Source of the DNA: Moniliella sp. 'wahieum'
Taxonomy: Eukaryota
Direction: 5' to 3'
DNA length: 64,000 nucleotides
Assembly: GCA_003971905.1 (NCBI GenBank)
Contig: RSEE01000151.1
Span: 1 to 64,000, forward strand
The position numbers and the translations under genes were made by a program. Every line of letters begins with the position of its first letter. Position 1 is the stretch's first letter. Under the pieces are notes generated by a model that worked only from the letters and a program-made list of their open reading frames with translations, was not told the origin of the DNA and ran no database searches. Of the stretch, positions 1 to 13,484 are shown piece after piece.

Positions 1-532
1 GTTACGGATCGTGGCTGTTCGAGCGGGTCGGCGAGCGAGTGTTGCTGGCTTGGAGACGGATCTTGACCACTCCATCGGGTTCACCACAACACGGCCTCGG
101 TCGCACCGGCCATGAGACCAGCCAGGAACACATTCCGAGGCGGCGTCACGCCCGTCTGCTGTCTGCCAGCCAGGACTTGTCTCGGCAAACGAAAAGAAGC
201 GCACTGCCATCTTGGTACAATGCCCGTCACCCAGCGCCCAGCCCTTAGAACCCAGACGGTTTCCTTCTTGACAATGTGCACCCCGGTGGCAATGAACCCG
301 CGTGGCTTGCTGCCCTTACCACGCCGGCTCAGCTGCATGCGCACCTTGATCGTGTCCAGAGCTGGGGGCAAGGAGGAGGGGGGGGGGGGGCGTGTCAGTA
401 CGGGTAGGGGGCTACAAAAGAATGGGCGGGAGGGAGGAGACGTACGGTGGCATGTGATCGCCTCGGAGAAGCCGGCGATGCCGCCGGCAATGAGGTGGGT
501 GGAGGGGGCGACCTTCTTGGCGTCTTTGACAT
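1..532 (-). CDS. SFC1: Mitochondrial succinate-fumarate carrier, 5' part; runs off the window start; intron ~362-446
   Basis: Stitched frames give HLIAGGIAGFSEAITCH|PLDTIKVRMQL...RGFIATGVHIVKKE...VFLAGLMAGATEAV...VKIRLQAQQHSLADPLE. Contains the carrier signature Px[D/E]xxKxR and the SFC1/ACR1-type QHSLADPL loop. GTACGT donor, CTGAC branch and CAG acceptor. Confidence 0.88.
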
Positions 533-1508
533 GGCGGGCGGGCGGGCAGATGGCGGGGGGGGGGGGAGGGAGGGAGGGCGGAGAAGACGAGGCGGAAGGC
601 GTGCTATTATAGGCTGCGGGGGGCCGGTGGATCGGCGTGGAGGGCGAGGGCGCCCGGGCGGGGCGGCTGGCTGCCGCGCCGACGGCCCAGGCGGGCGGGC
701 TGGGCAGAGCGTGAGAGAGCCGCGGGAGACGGGCGGGGAGTGAGTCTGAGTGGCGCGGGCGCTGGCGCTGGGCCGGGCAGCGGCCGTCGGCCCAGCCGGG
801 GGCGAGTGTCCGCGCGCGGGGTGGGGTTGCCGGCGGGCCCCGTGCCCGGGACACACACTGGCGCCGTGCGGCGCCCGGGCGCACCAGCCGGAGAAGATGC
901 GGAGACGGCAGGCGGCCAGCTGCGCCCATCGGCGGTTCCGGCCAGCCGGGCTTGGGGAACCCGAAGCCGACGCCGCCACGACGCAGGCGAGGGAGCGTTG
1001 ATCGGAATGATCGGGATCGGCTGGCCAGCCAGTGCTTGCTGATCGAGATCGATGCGGACAGACGAATGATTAAGATTGTGGATTGATTATTCACCGCCGA
1101 CTCACCAGCGCAGACGCTCCTCTGTGCTCGCGCCGCGGTGGGTGTGGCTTGGCGACATGGCTCTGTTACGTCATGCGTGAGGGGCGTGGGTGTGCGGGTG
1201 GGCAGGGTGCCACGCACCACCAGAAACCCCCGCAACCGAAGAGGGCTCCTTCTAAGTGAGTACGAGTACGCTTACGCGTATTCCACACCGAGTATTCAGC
1301 AGCACGGTGGCCATCTGCGCGCTACAATCTAATGCCACACGTCAATTTGAGCTGCCCCATCATGCATCATGCATCACCCGTTACGGATGGCATTCATATT
1401 CAGTCTCCATCCTCGTCCGCGCGTCATCTCGGCTGATGAACGCCGCAGCCGACGCCTCCCCAGCGCACCCCGTGCGCGTTTTGGTCGTGCATCCTGCCTC
1501 GCCTCCCC

Positions 1509-4422
1509 TCACGCGTTCAACGCCGTCGTCCCCGTCGTGCCAGCCGCCGCAGCCGACTTGGCTACCCCCTTGGCCGTTGTCCCGCCCAGCACCATGTTCT
1601 GCAGCTGTTTCGCGTCGAGCCCATGTGCGTGGCGCTGGTCCGCCGCCTGCTCCTCCCATTCCGCCGCGGCAGCCTGCGCGCTGCCGCTGCCGCTGCCACC
1701 GGCATCGGGCAGCGCCGAGTCCTGCGCCTTGTGAGCCGGCTGCTGGAACGCATGGTTGCCCTGCCGGGCCCACGCGCCCGGCTGGTGGTGACCTTGGCAC
1801 CAGCGGGAGCGAGGGAAGAGGCGGCATATGTCGGTCCACCGACGGCTCGGCGGTGCGACGATCGGAGGCCAATGGCTGTACTCGCTGGTCGAGGCGGGGA
1901 AGTTGATGCAGTCCAAGTCCCAGGTCGAGCGCAGGCGGGCGGCATGCACTTGGATTCTGTCCACTCCCCCGCCGACACGAGCGGGCTGAGGCGCCAGTAG
2001 GCCAGCAGCGCCAGCACGGCCGGCCCGCGGTCAGTTGCACGCGCACCCGAGGCCGCAGCCGGACCGGAGCGTGTCCAGCACGGCGGCGAAGGTGAGGATG
2101 CCAAAGTAGAGTGCTGGCAGATAATGGTGGAGGAAAAGTTGACGGTGCATGGCAAAAAAGGGCAGGTAATGCAGGCCATAGCCAGCTACGAAAAAGGCCA
2201 GCAGACCATCGTAGTGCGCCCCAAGCGTATGGGCATGGTGCAGCTCCTTGTACCCGCGCTTGGCCCGCAGCACCAACAAGATTCGTACTGCCACATACAA
2301 CCCAACCGACGCCAGCGCCGAAAGCCAGACCAACGGATTGCCCAGCAGGTACACTTGCCGATGCTGCTGGGACCAATAGTTGACCCCGCGCCGGAGAAGG
2401 GGCCACTGGTGCGGGCGCGAGTCGTAGGCGTGCCGAGCGGTGAGGCCGGCATTGTCGTCCACATCACTTTTTGAAGCTCGACAAACTTGGCCAAAAGCCA
2501 GGCCGCGCGTATTGTGACTTTTTGCGCGTCAGCGTCCTGCTCGAGCATGGGATGCACGTTGGTCTCAATGTAAAACAGCGTATTGGGCCGTAGGCTCGCG
2601 GTTGCAGGTCACCTCTTGCTGGCCAAACCCCCAGTCGGGCAGATAGACAGCGTGACTAAACAGGTAGCATCCCAATGCGGCGTGACGCAGACGGAACACG
2701 GTGCGGAGGCGAGCAGCTCGTGCTGCGCCGCCCCGCGCCTCGATTCGGCCCGGTCAATCTCCACAATCCAATTGTCGTTGGCGTCGCCGGTAAAGCCGGG
2801 GAGCCATAGGCCGAGACCTCGTTTTGGTAGTCCGCCTCGGTGATGGGCGGACGAAGGTTATGCGAATGGAGACGCGTGTCGGACGTACGATGCACCAGAC
2901 GTACTTGCGCCTTGTCCTTGACCCACTCCAGCTGGCCAGGTGCTTGTCCACGTCGCGAGGCGAGCCAGGAGGAAGCGTGATGGGCACGCCGTTGGCGTCG
3001 ACCAGCGGGGCGCCCTCCTGCGACGGCACAGCAACAATCTCCCACACATTGTTGTCATCCTCGTGCGGGTAGAGGGACCTGCTGCTGCTTGGAGCCGGTT
3101 TGGTAGTTGAACGCGTGCGAGTGGAGGTACCCCCTCGCGTATGGATGTGGCGGATGGTTACCGCGCTGCCCAGCGCGACCTGGGCGTACGTGTCGTGCAT
3201 TTCTCGACCGTGCAGCGTGCGCTGGAACGCAGGGACATGAACCCGTCTCCTCCGCCCGAGTGGGTAAGGATGGCAAAGTGGATCCAGAACGTCGATGCAT
3301 ACACGGTCAGAGGCACAATGATCAGCGCACCAACGCGCGCAACAAAGTGCCGCCCAAGGTCCCAGAGGGAGGTGCGCTGGTCCGCCAGGCGCAACCAAAG
3401 TTGCACGATTGTCGCCACCCCGACTGTAGCCACAGTGAAGAGCCCGACCCACTTGACACTCAAGACGAGGCCAAGCGAAGCGCCGACGGCGAGCAGCCAC
3501 ACCCACCAAACGCGGCTAAAGGGACGACGGGCGTCCTCCTTGCCAAAGCAAATCCAGCACAGCGCCGTGGTCGCAGTAAACAGCACCAGCGGGGCATCGA
3601 GAAGAATATAGTGACTCTGCGTCGCCAACGCATTGTCAAGCAACACGAAACAGGCCGACCAATGCGGACCCGGTCCGCACCCCCCCACGCAGCGTGACAA
3701 ACGCCACGGGCACCAAGAGCGCGCCACACACGGCCGACACGCGCCGCATGCCCACGTACGGCACAGGCTGCCCAGGCAACTCACCCACAATGTACTCGTT
3801 GCCAATCCCGCCAAAGTTAAACTTACCGTCGTACCCCCCCACGTACGCCGCGAGCGTGATCAAGAGCTTGGCCAGGGCGGGTGCACGTCCATAAAAAATT
3901 CGCGCCGCAGGTACTTGCCGGCAAAATTGCCAAAATGGACCTCATCAAATCTGGGTGCAGCTGGTGGTCAGCCCCATGGGCATGGACATAGGCATGGGCA
4001 TGGGCATGGGAATGGGAATGGGAATGGGCATTGCGTTGGCAGATGGGACAGGGGGGGCGTACACGACGCTGCTGGGGCGGTCGAGGTGAGAGAAGCGGAG
4101 CCAGGCAGCGAGAAGGGTGAGGACAGCGACAAGACGCCATTCGACAGGCCAGCGCCGTTCCCAATGCGGCAGACCAGGGTACAGACGGGTAGGCTCGAGC
4201 CACTCCAGGCAGAGAAGTAGAGCCGGCAGTGTGGCTGGCAGGCGGATAGGCCACTGGCTTGGCCGATGCGGCTGGGGAAGGCGCGGGCAGACCGGCGTTG
4301 ATGACAGCGTCGCCATGGGACCGCGATGGAGGAGGGAGGCGCGGGGGCAGCGCAGAGACCCAGTTCCCCCGGCTGGGGAAGTGCGCCCGCGCACGCACCG
4401 CCTGGGCTGTCGGGAAGGACAT
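1509..4422 (-). CDS. PMT1: Dolichyl-phosphate-mannose protein O-mannosyltransferase, PMT1 subfamily; intron 3951-4062; multiple apparent frameshifts
   Basis: [33 protein letters not shown]-domain [15 protein letters not shown] and [58 protein letters not shown]-terminal TWDLDC. Subfamily assigned from recalled motifs. Confidence 0.88.
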
Positions 4423-4786
4423 GACGAGCGGCCTGGCTGGTGAGCGAGGCGATGGCGAGCGTCCTCCCGCCTGGCCACACCGAGTACTGACGACGGGCAG
4501 CAGCAGCAGCAGCCAAGCGCTGGCCGGCTGGAGGGCAGTGTCGCGTCGGGCCTGGCACGTGGAGCGCCACACCGCTCGCCTTCAATCTTTCAGTCCCACG
4601 TCGTCCGCCGCTGCGATGTCCAATCATCACTGTGCAATGTTCAAATGTCCGCCTGAACGTTTGACACTCCCCGCTCACGTGATACATGAGTTCAGGCCGG
4701 AGGAGGCAGAGGCTGAGGCGCCAGGCTCGCTACGCAGCCTGCGGAAGCACAGCCGACTACGCACCGTCCTCGCCCCCTCGGTGTAC

Positions 4787-4874
4787 CCATCCATCCATCC
4801 ATCCATCCATCCATCCATCCATCCATCCATCCATCCATCCATCCATCCATCCATCCATCCATCCATCCATCCAT
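4787..4874. repeat. (CCAT)22 tetranucleotide microsatellite
   Basis: 88 nt of uninterrupted CCAT units upstream of PMT1. Confidence 0.97.
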
Positions 4875-4913
4875 TCCATCAACACGCCCTGCCTGCTACC
4901 CTTCCAGCGTAGC

Positions 4914-5390
4914 ATGCTCATCTCATCCAAAGCCAAGGATCCGCAAGCACCGCACCAGCCCTCCTCGGCCCAGCCTCCTTCCCCCCTCCCTGCTGCCCCC
5001 AGCAGCCCCTCCGCCATGCCAGGTGCTCCTCATCCCCCCGCAGCCGCCCCAGCGCAGCCGCACGATTGCGCACCACTCCACCCTACTGGGCAAGGTGCGT
5101 TCCACGCTGTCATACATATGCTCCTCTCTCTCCTGTTCTTCTTGCTGACCCCCCTCCCCCCGGCCTGTGGTCCAGTGTACATCTGCGTCGCCACCGTCGG
5201 CCCGCAGCCATCTTCGGTCGAGGGCGTGCAACTGGACAGCCAATTGCGCGCCACGGCAGCGCTCCAAGCACGACGGATGCTGTTGGAAGCATACCTGTAT
5301 GCGTTGCTGTTGTGGATCGTGATTGGCCTGGTCACGTCCGAAGTCGCCTTTGGTACCATGCGCCACCATCAGCTGCTGGCGTGGCGCTGA
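4914..5390 (+). CDS. Hypothetical small membrane protein
   Basis: ORF with a Pro-rich start and hydrophobic stretches ([18 protein letters not shown]); possible GTGCGT intron donor at 5095. No family recognised. Confidence 0.3.
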   Translation: MLISSKAKDPQAPHQPSSAQPPSPLPAAPSSPSAMPGAPHPPAAAPAQPHDCAPLHPTGQGAFHAVIHMLLSLLFFLLTPLPPACGPVYICVATVGPQPSSVEGVQLDSQLRATAALQARRMLLEAYLYALLLWIVIGLVTSEVAFGTMRHHQLLAWR

Positions 5391-6063
5391 GCGGTCAAGC
5401 TTCAAGGTTGAACTGGCGCCGCGGGCGCCGCTCATGCATCATGCACATGCGTGGCTGTTCGGGTTTGAAATGGGTTTCGCACCCTCTTTCCCAGCCAGTC
5501 ATCCTGAAGCTTGAAGCCTGAAGCCTGAAGCCTGATGAGCCGCGCCAGTGTGCATCCTACGTTTCTTATCTGCGTCGGAACCGATGCAGTCCTTTGTGCA
5601 CGGTCTCCTCTGCTGCCCTCCACGTGCCGACGGGACAAGGGGGGCGCGTGGGGCAAGCTGTGAATCGTTGTCTGCTCCGCCCGCTCCTTCCGAAAATAGG
5701 GGAGGGGGCGCGATTGTTACGAGTTTGGTCTTGTTTTTTTTATATTGTGTTGGGCTATCGGTTATCGATCGTTGGCCCGGGTCGACCCAGGAAGCTACTG
5801 AATACTATGTGCATCGTCGTAAAAGTTTCGGTAGATGGGGTGAGGCCTGAGGGGATGATTGGGAGTGTGTGGTACAGGGAAGGCGCGTGGCGCGTGGCGG
5901 GTGGCACAGGGAGCGTGGGGGGTACTGAACGTCGTCCGTGAAGCCCAGGCAAACGGGTGCAAAGCAAGGTGGGAGAGGGGCAAGGTATGCATTGCGGGGC
6001 GTCCGAACAAGGATGTGTGTGGCTGGTAGGATGAGGATGAGGATCCGTACTGCGAGTCGGTGC

Positions 6064-6439
6064 TCAGTACTGCCTGTTGGGATCGTTGGCCAATTGTTCG
6101 GCCCTTGCTGCATTCTCACGCTCGCGCGCGCGGTCCGAGGCCTGGACCATAGGCGCCGACATGCGGAAGCGCTGGCGCATGTCCAGGATCCCTCGGCGGC
6201 AGGCGACGTAGGAGCGGTAGACGTTGAGGCATTCGGTCGACATTTCGTCTTTGTGATGCCGGAGGCAGTCACTGGGCTTGATGCCGTCGCGTTGGACACA
6301 GGGACTGGCCATCAAGCACTCGGCCAACTCCTCCCGCACGTCCTTGCACTGTCAGACGGGGGAAGGGGGCGTGTCAGCGCACCAGCGCACCAGCGGGGGG
6401 GAGAGGAAGCAGGGAACAGGCACGCACCACATTGACCAT
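6064..6439 (-). CDS. PET191: Cytochrome c oxidase assembly factor Pet191/COA5 (twin Cx9C-type); intron 6349-6427
   Basis: Spliced protein MVNV|CKDVREELAECLMASPCVQRDGIKPSDCL...ECLNVYRSYVACRRGILDMRQRFR; GTGCGT...CTGAC...CAG intron. Confidence 0.92.
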
Positions 6440-7478
6440 GGTGAGCTAGTAGCACAGTCCGACGCAGCGCAGCGCTCAGAAGAAGCCGTGGCGGTGCGGA
6501 CGACGTCGGCGCCCGGTCCAAACGGAAAGCCAGCTGCGCGGAGGGGGGTGAAATTGCAATTGGCCAATTCCGCCCGACGCCGGGAGTGGCGCAGCCGCAT
6601 CAGCCAGGGCCCCTCACGCTCACGCGTGCCTCACGCGCACGCCTCACCCATCGCCGCGGTTGTTGATCGTCGACGCCAACCCGTTGGTCGGGTCGGGCGT
6701 CGGGAGGCCACACAAAGGGGGAGGCCGCGCCTCGGACGTCCCTGGGCAGCAGGGCGAGCGCCACAACGGACACGTTGGCGGGCGACACAGTTGCGTGTGC
6801 TTTGTGTTGGCCTCGGCGCTTGGGACGAGGACACAATCCCAATTGGGTGGCGGTGGATTAGGATTAGATTGGAGGGAATGGATGACTAGATGACTGCCCA
6901 GTGGCTCGGATTCTTTTTGTGTGGCCCACCAGAGCCACCGCCAGCCGGCCAGTCTGTAGATAGGCTGCCATTCGACGGCCACCCGCGCCTTGCCTTCCAC
7001 CACCACCACCACCAGATTCTGCTGCTGCCATCGCTGGCACCCCGGTGGACTTGGTCTGACGCCAGCGCATGTGTCCTGCCATTGTACTCGCCCACTCGCC
7101 TCCGTCCCTCCTGCCGCCAGCTGCGACTGCTGTGCTTCCGCCTCGTCCGTGTCTGTCTGTGTATCTGTATCTGCGTCTGCATCAGCATCTGCATCTGCGT
7201 CTGCGTCTGAGTTGCCCCTCTTGCTCGGTGCCGGCGGTTCGTGCGAAACCCAAGCAAGCGGCCCGGATCGTCCAGCTGCCCCTTGCCACTCTTGCCACCG
7301 CCCATTGCTGGTGAGCTGTGCCGCCCGACTGTTCCTTGTTTCTTTTCTGAGAACAACGTCATCTGAAGCAACGTGTGTGTGGCTGTGGCTGTGTGGGTGT
7401 TTGTCTGTGAGCGTACGCGCTGGTAGTGTACTCTCTGCCATTCTGCCTATCATCCCCTCCACGCCCACCTCTGCCGCG

Positions 7479-10400
7479 ATGGCCTCAGGCTCCCAAGGCC
7501 TCTGCTTAGATCCCCCTCCTTTCCAGTCGCCCCTTCCTCCTCCCGACCCACTTGCACCCACTGCGCTCCATCCCGGATGGGTGCTCACCTCTGCCCCATC
7601 GCCCATCGCTGGAGGTCACCCCCTCCGGTACGCCGTCTTTGCCCGCCCCATGGAGCAGCCACCCCATGGTCGTGAATACCGCCGCATTCGTCTCGCTAAT
7701 GGGCTCGAGGCTCTCCTGATCCGACGTCCAGTCTGTCCATGCTGGCGCCGCCTTGAGTGTTGGCGTCGGAAGTCTGTGTGACCCAGACGAGCTTCCGGGC
7801 TTGGGTCATCTCTGTGAGCACCTCCTCTTCCTTGGTACCGAAAAGTACCCCAACCAGCACGAGTACACTGGCTTTCTTTCCAGCACGGCGGCGACTCGAA
7901 TGCCTTCACAAAGATGGATGAGACCGTATTCTATTTCGCCCTTGGTCGCGACCATCTCGAGGGTGCTCTGGACCGTTTTGCCCAATTCTTCATTGCCCCG
8001 CGTTTCGATAGCGATTGCACTGAACGAGAAGTTCGGGCTGTTGACAACGAATTTAAGAACAACGTTCGTGTATGTTTTGTCTCCTGTGCTTCCCTTGGCC
8101 TCGTCCTGATGTATTGTCTCGTCCGCTCACTATTCCTTGTCTTCCCAGCTGGATGCCCATCGTGAGTTCCATCTGATCCGCAGCCTCGCCAGCCCACATC
8201 ACCCGCTTCATCGCTTTCTTTCGGGGAACCTGGAATCGCTATGGACCACGCCACGCAAACAGGGCATCAATGTGCGCGACGAACTACTCCGCTTTCATGA
8301 GCGCTACTATAGCTCCAACCTAATGAAGCTCGCTGTCGTGGCGCCCGATCCTTTGGACACTATGACTGAGATGGTCGTCTCCCAATTCTCTGCTGTTCCC
8401 AACAAATTTGTTCCTCGTCCCAGTTTTGGCCCTGATCCGATTGATCCCAGTGGGCTTGGAACGGTGGTGAACTACCGGCCAATAGGAAAGCTGATCAATC
8501 TTCGTCTTATCATCTCCATATCCTATCTCAAGCCTCACTGGCGTAGCCAGCCTGGCCCGTTTCTCACTCACTTTTTCGGTCACGAAGGTCCCGGATCCAT
8601 CCTCGCCTACCTTCGCCGACAAGGTTGGAGCAACTTGTTAACCGCCGCTATTTTTGGCGGTGCTGTGGGCTTTGACTTTCTCCAAATCAGTATGCTCCTC
8701 ACTCCCCAAGGGTTGATCCATTGGGGCGAGGCAGTAGCCGCGGTATTTGATTATGCCGACTTGTTGCGCACATTTGTCGAGCACAACGGCGGTACGTTCC
8801 CCCAATGGGTGTTTGACGAACAAAACAACTGAGCGAACTCAGTTTCACTACCAGCACGCGCCTTGGCGCTGCCTTCACCGCCATGCAACGCGCCACTTCT
8901 TTGCATGACGATCTCTCCCCCGAATGGACCTTAGCCGACTTGAAGTACCGAGAGATGAACCCCCCCTGCTCTGTTCCTTGCTGGACCAAATCCGCCCCTG
9001 GCGAGCTCGCGCTTTTCTCGCCGTACCTGCGCCGCTCTCTGAACCGACCACGGGACCGAGCCCGTTGCCGCCACCGACCTCACGGGAGAAATGGTACGGC
9101 ACCGAGTATTCTGTTTCGCCCTTCCCTTCGTGGATTGCAGACGTACATCGTCCACGTACCCCCGACTTGCTTTGCCCGGACCCAATCGGTTTATCCCCCA
9201 CACCCTGCGCTCAGTTTCCCCCAAGACGCGTTTCTCTGACACGTCCTCCCCGCTCCTCTTGTCCCATTCTCCTCGTCTTCGGCTCTGGTACCAACCCGAC
9301 CTGCACACCACCGAGCCCAAGGCGAACCTGTGGCTGCGATTCAAGTATTCCCACCGACCATCACCCCGTACGAGAAGATGGTGGTGCGCATGTATTTGGG
9401 AACGATGCAAATGGCCCTGTCCGAGTCTGTGTACGACGCACAACTGGTTGGTCTTCGAATATTTCCTTTACCTGGCAACGGATGCGCGGAGATTGTTGTG
9501 ACGGGGTGTTACAGCGATACGTTGGGATCCACTCTCCGTAGCCTTCTCGAGCACATCAAGACGTTCACCCCCAACCAAGCGGCTTTGGAAAGTGTGATGC
9601 ACCAGCTTCGCACGGCATGGTCTGCCTTTGAGGCGAGAGAGCCGTACGTGCTCTTGGGTAACTATTTTACTTGGTTCTTCCATGACGATTCATGGCTTCC
9701 TCCTCAGCTTCTACAGTCATTGGAGCAGCTGGATGCGATGGATGTGGTGCGGTTTCGAGATGAGATGCTCCTGCGGACGTCGGTGGACCTCTACGTGTGA
9801 ATGGGAATTGCGATGAGGAGGTTGTGCTGGCGATGCAAGACATGGTGACTGAGATCTTGCCCCCGCGTAGCCAATCCTTGATGGACACCGATCCCTCACC
9901 TGGCCGTACAGCCTCCTGCTCGACCCGCACACCCCGACACCCTCCTCCGCTTCCTGGCGAGCGACCCGAATCATCCCAACTCGGCTATCCTCTGGTACGT
10001 CCAGATGGGCGATGCGCCCGGACCGACGTGGTCATGCACGCTGCGCTCGAGTTGCTAGTCACCATTGCTCAGCAACCGCTGTTTGATGAGCTGCGCACCA
10101 ACCACAACTGGGCTATCACCTTGCCGTGTCCTCCTGTGTGCACGCCAACAGTCTCGGCTTGGCCATCAAACTGCAATCGGAGTACACGGTGCGTGGGCTG
10201 CGCAAACGAATCGAGCACTTTCTGCGGGACCAGCTTGCCTCGCTCCTGGACACCATGTCGTCCGAATCCTTTGTCGCGCGCCCGCTCGGCTCTGGCCGAA
10301 CAAACGGTCGCAGCCGACACGCTGACTGCCGAACCCCAACTGCTCGCGGTGCGCGATACCATCTCGACCAACACATTTGATTTCCACCACGGCCGCCGCC

Positions 10401-10829
10401 TGGCCCAGGCCATCCAAGCCACCTCCTTGCCCGACCTGCAGCACCTGTTTGCCACCCACGTCCACCCGACAGCCCGCACCGATCCAAGTTGATCATCGAA
10501 TCGAATCGGCGCACGCTAAGCCCCTCCGCGGCCGGCCCCCGCGGGGCACCAGCAGCCCCGCTAGTCCAGCCACGTCTGGTGCGACACTGGGCGTAGGCGC
10601 TGGCCAAGCCAGACCTACCGCGCCAGGGCACAGTGCTGCCCCCCTGCCGCCCCTTCCGCAGACCACGGTCCACTCGCTGGCTGAAGCACAGGCGCTGCGC
10701 AGCCGCCTCCGTCGATCCTCCCCTGCTCGCCGGTGCAGCCGTGGGCCCAGTACACCCCCTCTCCTGCATTGGTATAAGTTTAGCTTACCTGGCCCCCGTG
10801 CCGCTGGGTGGCCGCTCAGGACGGTGTAA
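7479..10829 (+). CDS. M16A insulinase-family zinc metalloprotease (Ste23/IDE-like); intron ~8070-8148; frameshifted
   Basis: REYRRIRLANGLEALLI, SVGVGSLCDPDELPGLGHLCEHLLFLGTEKYP (inverted HxxEH), GALDRFAQFF, EREVRAVDNE, FHERYYSSNLMKLAV, FFGHEGPGSILAYL, EKWYGTEY, QPLFDELRT. Confidence 0.88.
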
Positions 10830-11927
10830 CTCCATTGTGCGCATCGGCCCATCGGCCTTCGGTTGCTTGTCCGGCGCTCCATCCCCATCCCCACCCCACT
10901 TTGCGCTTTGCGCTTTGCGCTTTACGCTTTTGGGCGTGACGCTTGTGCCCCGCGCTCGCTCGCTGAGGCCAGAGGATGCTTGGCTCGTACGGTGCTTCCT
11001 CAGGTGGCGCTGCTGGCACGCACGCACAGCACAGCACAGGAAAAACCACTGTACCACGCTGGTGCTGCATTTGCATTTGCATTTGCTTTGGCACGACCTT
11101 TTCGCAGTCGTGAGGCAATCCATGGATGCCTACCGTCATACCCATAATCACTACTACGTTGCCAGGTGTTTGGCTTTCACCTGGTCCCCCCCGCGCGTAT
11201 GGTTCATGACATGTTCGACAGACCTGGGCTGGCACCATAGCCTGTGAGCGGTGTTGATCCTGGGCGGTCGACGAAGAGTGGTTGCGGCTTTTGTTCGTAC
11301 CAGGACGGATCGACATGCGCTGGCTTGGGGAGGTTGCATCCCTTTCTGCATATGCAGATGTTACCGTGTCATCGCTTATAGCACGCGATGTTGCCTATAT
11401 AAGAGTTCCGACGTCACTTAAAAGAGGAAAGGTTATACATCTCTTTCTACAGCAACATGGCTAGTGGCCAGGTGAACACAGGACAAGATCAGGGCTATAC
11501 TGGGTATGCCGCGGCTGCAGGCAACAGGTACCGGTTACCAAGCATCGCGTGTGCTGTATTACGTACCAGACACACAAGCAGAGGATGTTGGGGGAAGTGG
11601 GTCAAGTCCTCGTGAGGATTGGCATCACATATATACACGCATGTACTGTAAGCGAAGACAAAAGAGAGCATACAGTTCGAAGCGGGAGAGAGTACGCAGG
11701 CTCAAGGGCGCACGCTACTGCCAAAGAGGCATAATATATTCCGTCCTCTTCCAAATCTCTGATTCCCCTCTCTCTTGGCCCAGCCTCCGCTTCCATGCTT
11801 CGCGTCAGGGCCTGAAACCAAAAACACAAGCGAGAGAGGAGGGAAGAGGTGAGGGGGCTACAAACAGATGAGAAAGGGAGGGGTGACACTAGGCGCTTGT
11901 CTTGGCCTGCCCTCCTTCCACGAAGCA

Positions 11928-13484
11928 TCATAATTGGGTAAAAAAAGGAAGGGCAGCACCAAGAAGCAGATCAACACGCTGGCCACCGAGCCACCCAACA
12001 AGGAACGTGCCATGGTGATGTGGTGCGGGGTGGCATAGGTGCTGGCCTTTGGTACGATTGGTGTGGTTGGTATGATGCGGTGGCCGATCGCCTGGGTTGG
12101 TGGTATTGGTAAGCCAGGGGTTGCGCTGGTTAAACCCATCGTAAAAGAGCCGCTGCAAACTCAGGTTGGCCGTGTAGACGGCAAAGTCGAGGTGGGTAGT
12201 GTTGGCCAAAAAATCCGCCGTGTGCGAGGCTGGGAACTGACCGCCAAAGTCAGTGGCGAGCGCCGAAACAAAGTTGGCTCCGCGATCCAGATGGTTGGAC
12301 CCTTGCCATTGAGCTTGGCCCGACGTGGCCCCCGTCCCAATATCAAACAACGCCAGCGCATACCCCACTGTGCGGGTCCGGAAGCGGGCCACAACGTCGG
12401 TGCCATTGTTGTGCATCACGTCCCCCGCGCATACGCTGGGACCTTGGTCGTGTTTTGGTGGATGCCGTAGGGCCAGGTATCGTACGTGTCCGTCGTGCTG
12501 GTGTTCGTGTAGGGTCGTTGGGACGTAAGCCAGGCCCAGGAGCCCGGGTTGCCAATCCAAAACCTCACGTTGCTGTCATAGTACTTGGTCTTTTGAGCAA
12601 CGCATACCGTTGCGCCCCCTGGCCGCCCAGCGAGTGGCCAGCTACAACGACCTGGTTCAGGTTAGGAAAGGTCGTGTTGTCAAACAGGGTGTCAAGCAGC
12701 GCATCCAGCGCCTCGTAAGCGCTTATCTTTGTGCATGGGCGGATTGCGCGCCAGCCCGCCCATTTGCCACAAGGATTTTTCAAAGCACAGCCAGGCCGGC
12801 AAGCACGATCCGGCGTTCATGTCGTCCATGTTGAGAAAAGCCGGACCGATGATACCGACCGAATCGTTGGTGATTCCCCACCCGTTAAAGGGGGGAAATG
12901 TCTGGGTGGCAACGATGATCTTGGCACTGTACATGTACGCTGCATACTTCCAAATGTCCCGTGGCTTGCCAGGCAGGACAACGACAAAGCGCTTGATTTG
13001 GGTAGGGTCCGAATACGCTTGGTAATAGGGTAAGATGCCCGATTCGTTGTGGTACTTGTTCCACACTCTCAAGCTCGTGTTCAGTGTAAGCCAGCAAGTC
13101 GGGGAGAGCTTGCCAGCCAGACGCTTGGCTACCGTTAGCGGGCGCGTCCACCGGGTTGGCCAGATTGGCGTTCCAACTGTACTGAATTCCATCGCCCGCA
13201 ACCGACTGGCCTGGACGTACGCGAGATTGCCATTCGCTGTGCTCTTGACCCAGGCAGGTTGTCTGCCAGCTGGGCTGCTCTGCATAGTGGCCCTCTTGCA
13301 TGTCGGCCGTGATGGGTGCCTGCTGGGCATCCGAAGGAGGAAAAGCTGTGTTGGCGCTGGGAGAACCAGACCCGGTGCCAGCTGGATCTTGGCGCACATC
13401 TATCCGCCGGCCACAGCACCTCGTTGGGCCAGGGGCAAGGAGTGCTATTGCACACGACGACCAAAGGAGCAGGTTGGGACGCAT
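11928..13484 (-). CDS. Secreted or membrane-anchored alpha/beta-hydrolase-fold protein of unknown function
   Basis: Signal-like N-terminus MRPNLLLWSSCAIALLAPG, VVVLPGKPRDIWKY, nucleophile elbow VVVAGHSLGGQGAQRYA, and a hydrophobic C-terminal segment in one frame (SVASVLICFLVLPFLFL). Confidence 0.65.

Noticed and set aside
1381..1964. Apparent separate ORFs between SFC1 and PMT1
   Set aside because: The TWDLDC segment is the frameshifted PMT1 C-terminus, and the other frames are GC-rich shadow ORFs.
3951..4062. Apparent [13 protein letters not shown] insertion in PMT1
   Set aside because: It lies within a GTACGC...CTGAC...CAG intron; splicing restores SVV|FDEVHFG.
10784..10845. U1-like CTTACCTGGC...CCATTG
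   Set aside because: No U1-70K loop or Sm site, and it overlaps the insulinase 3' end.
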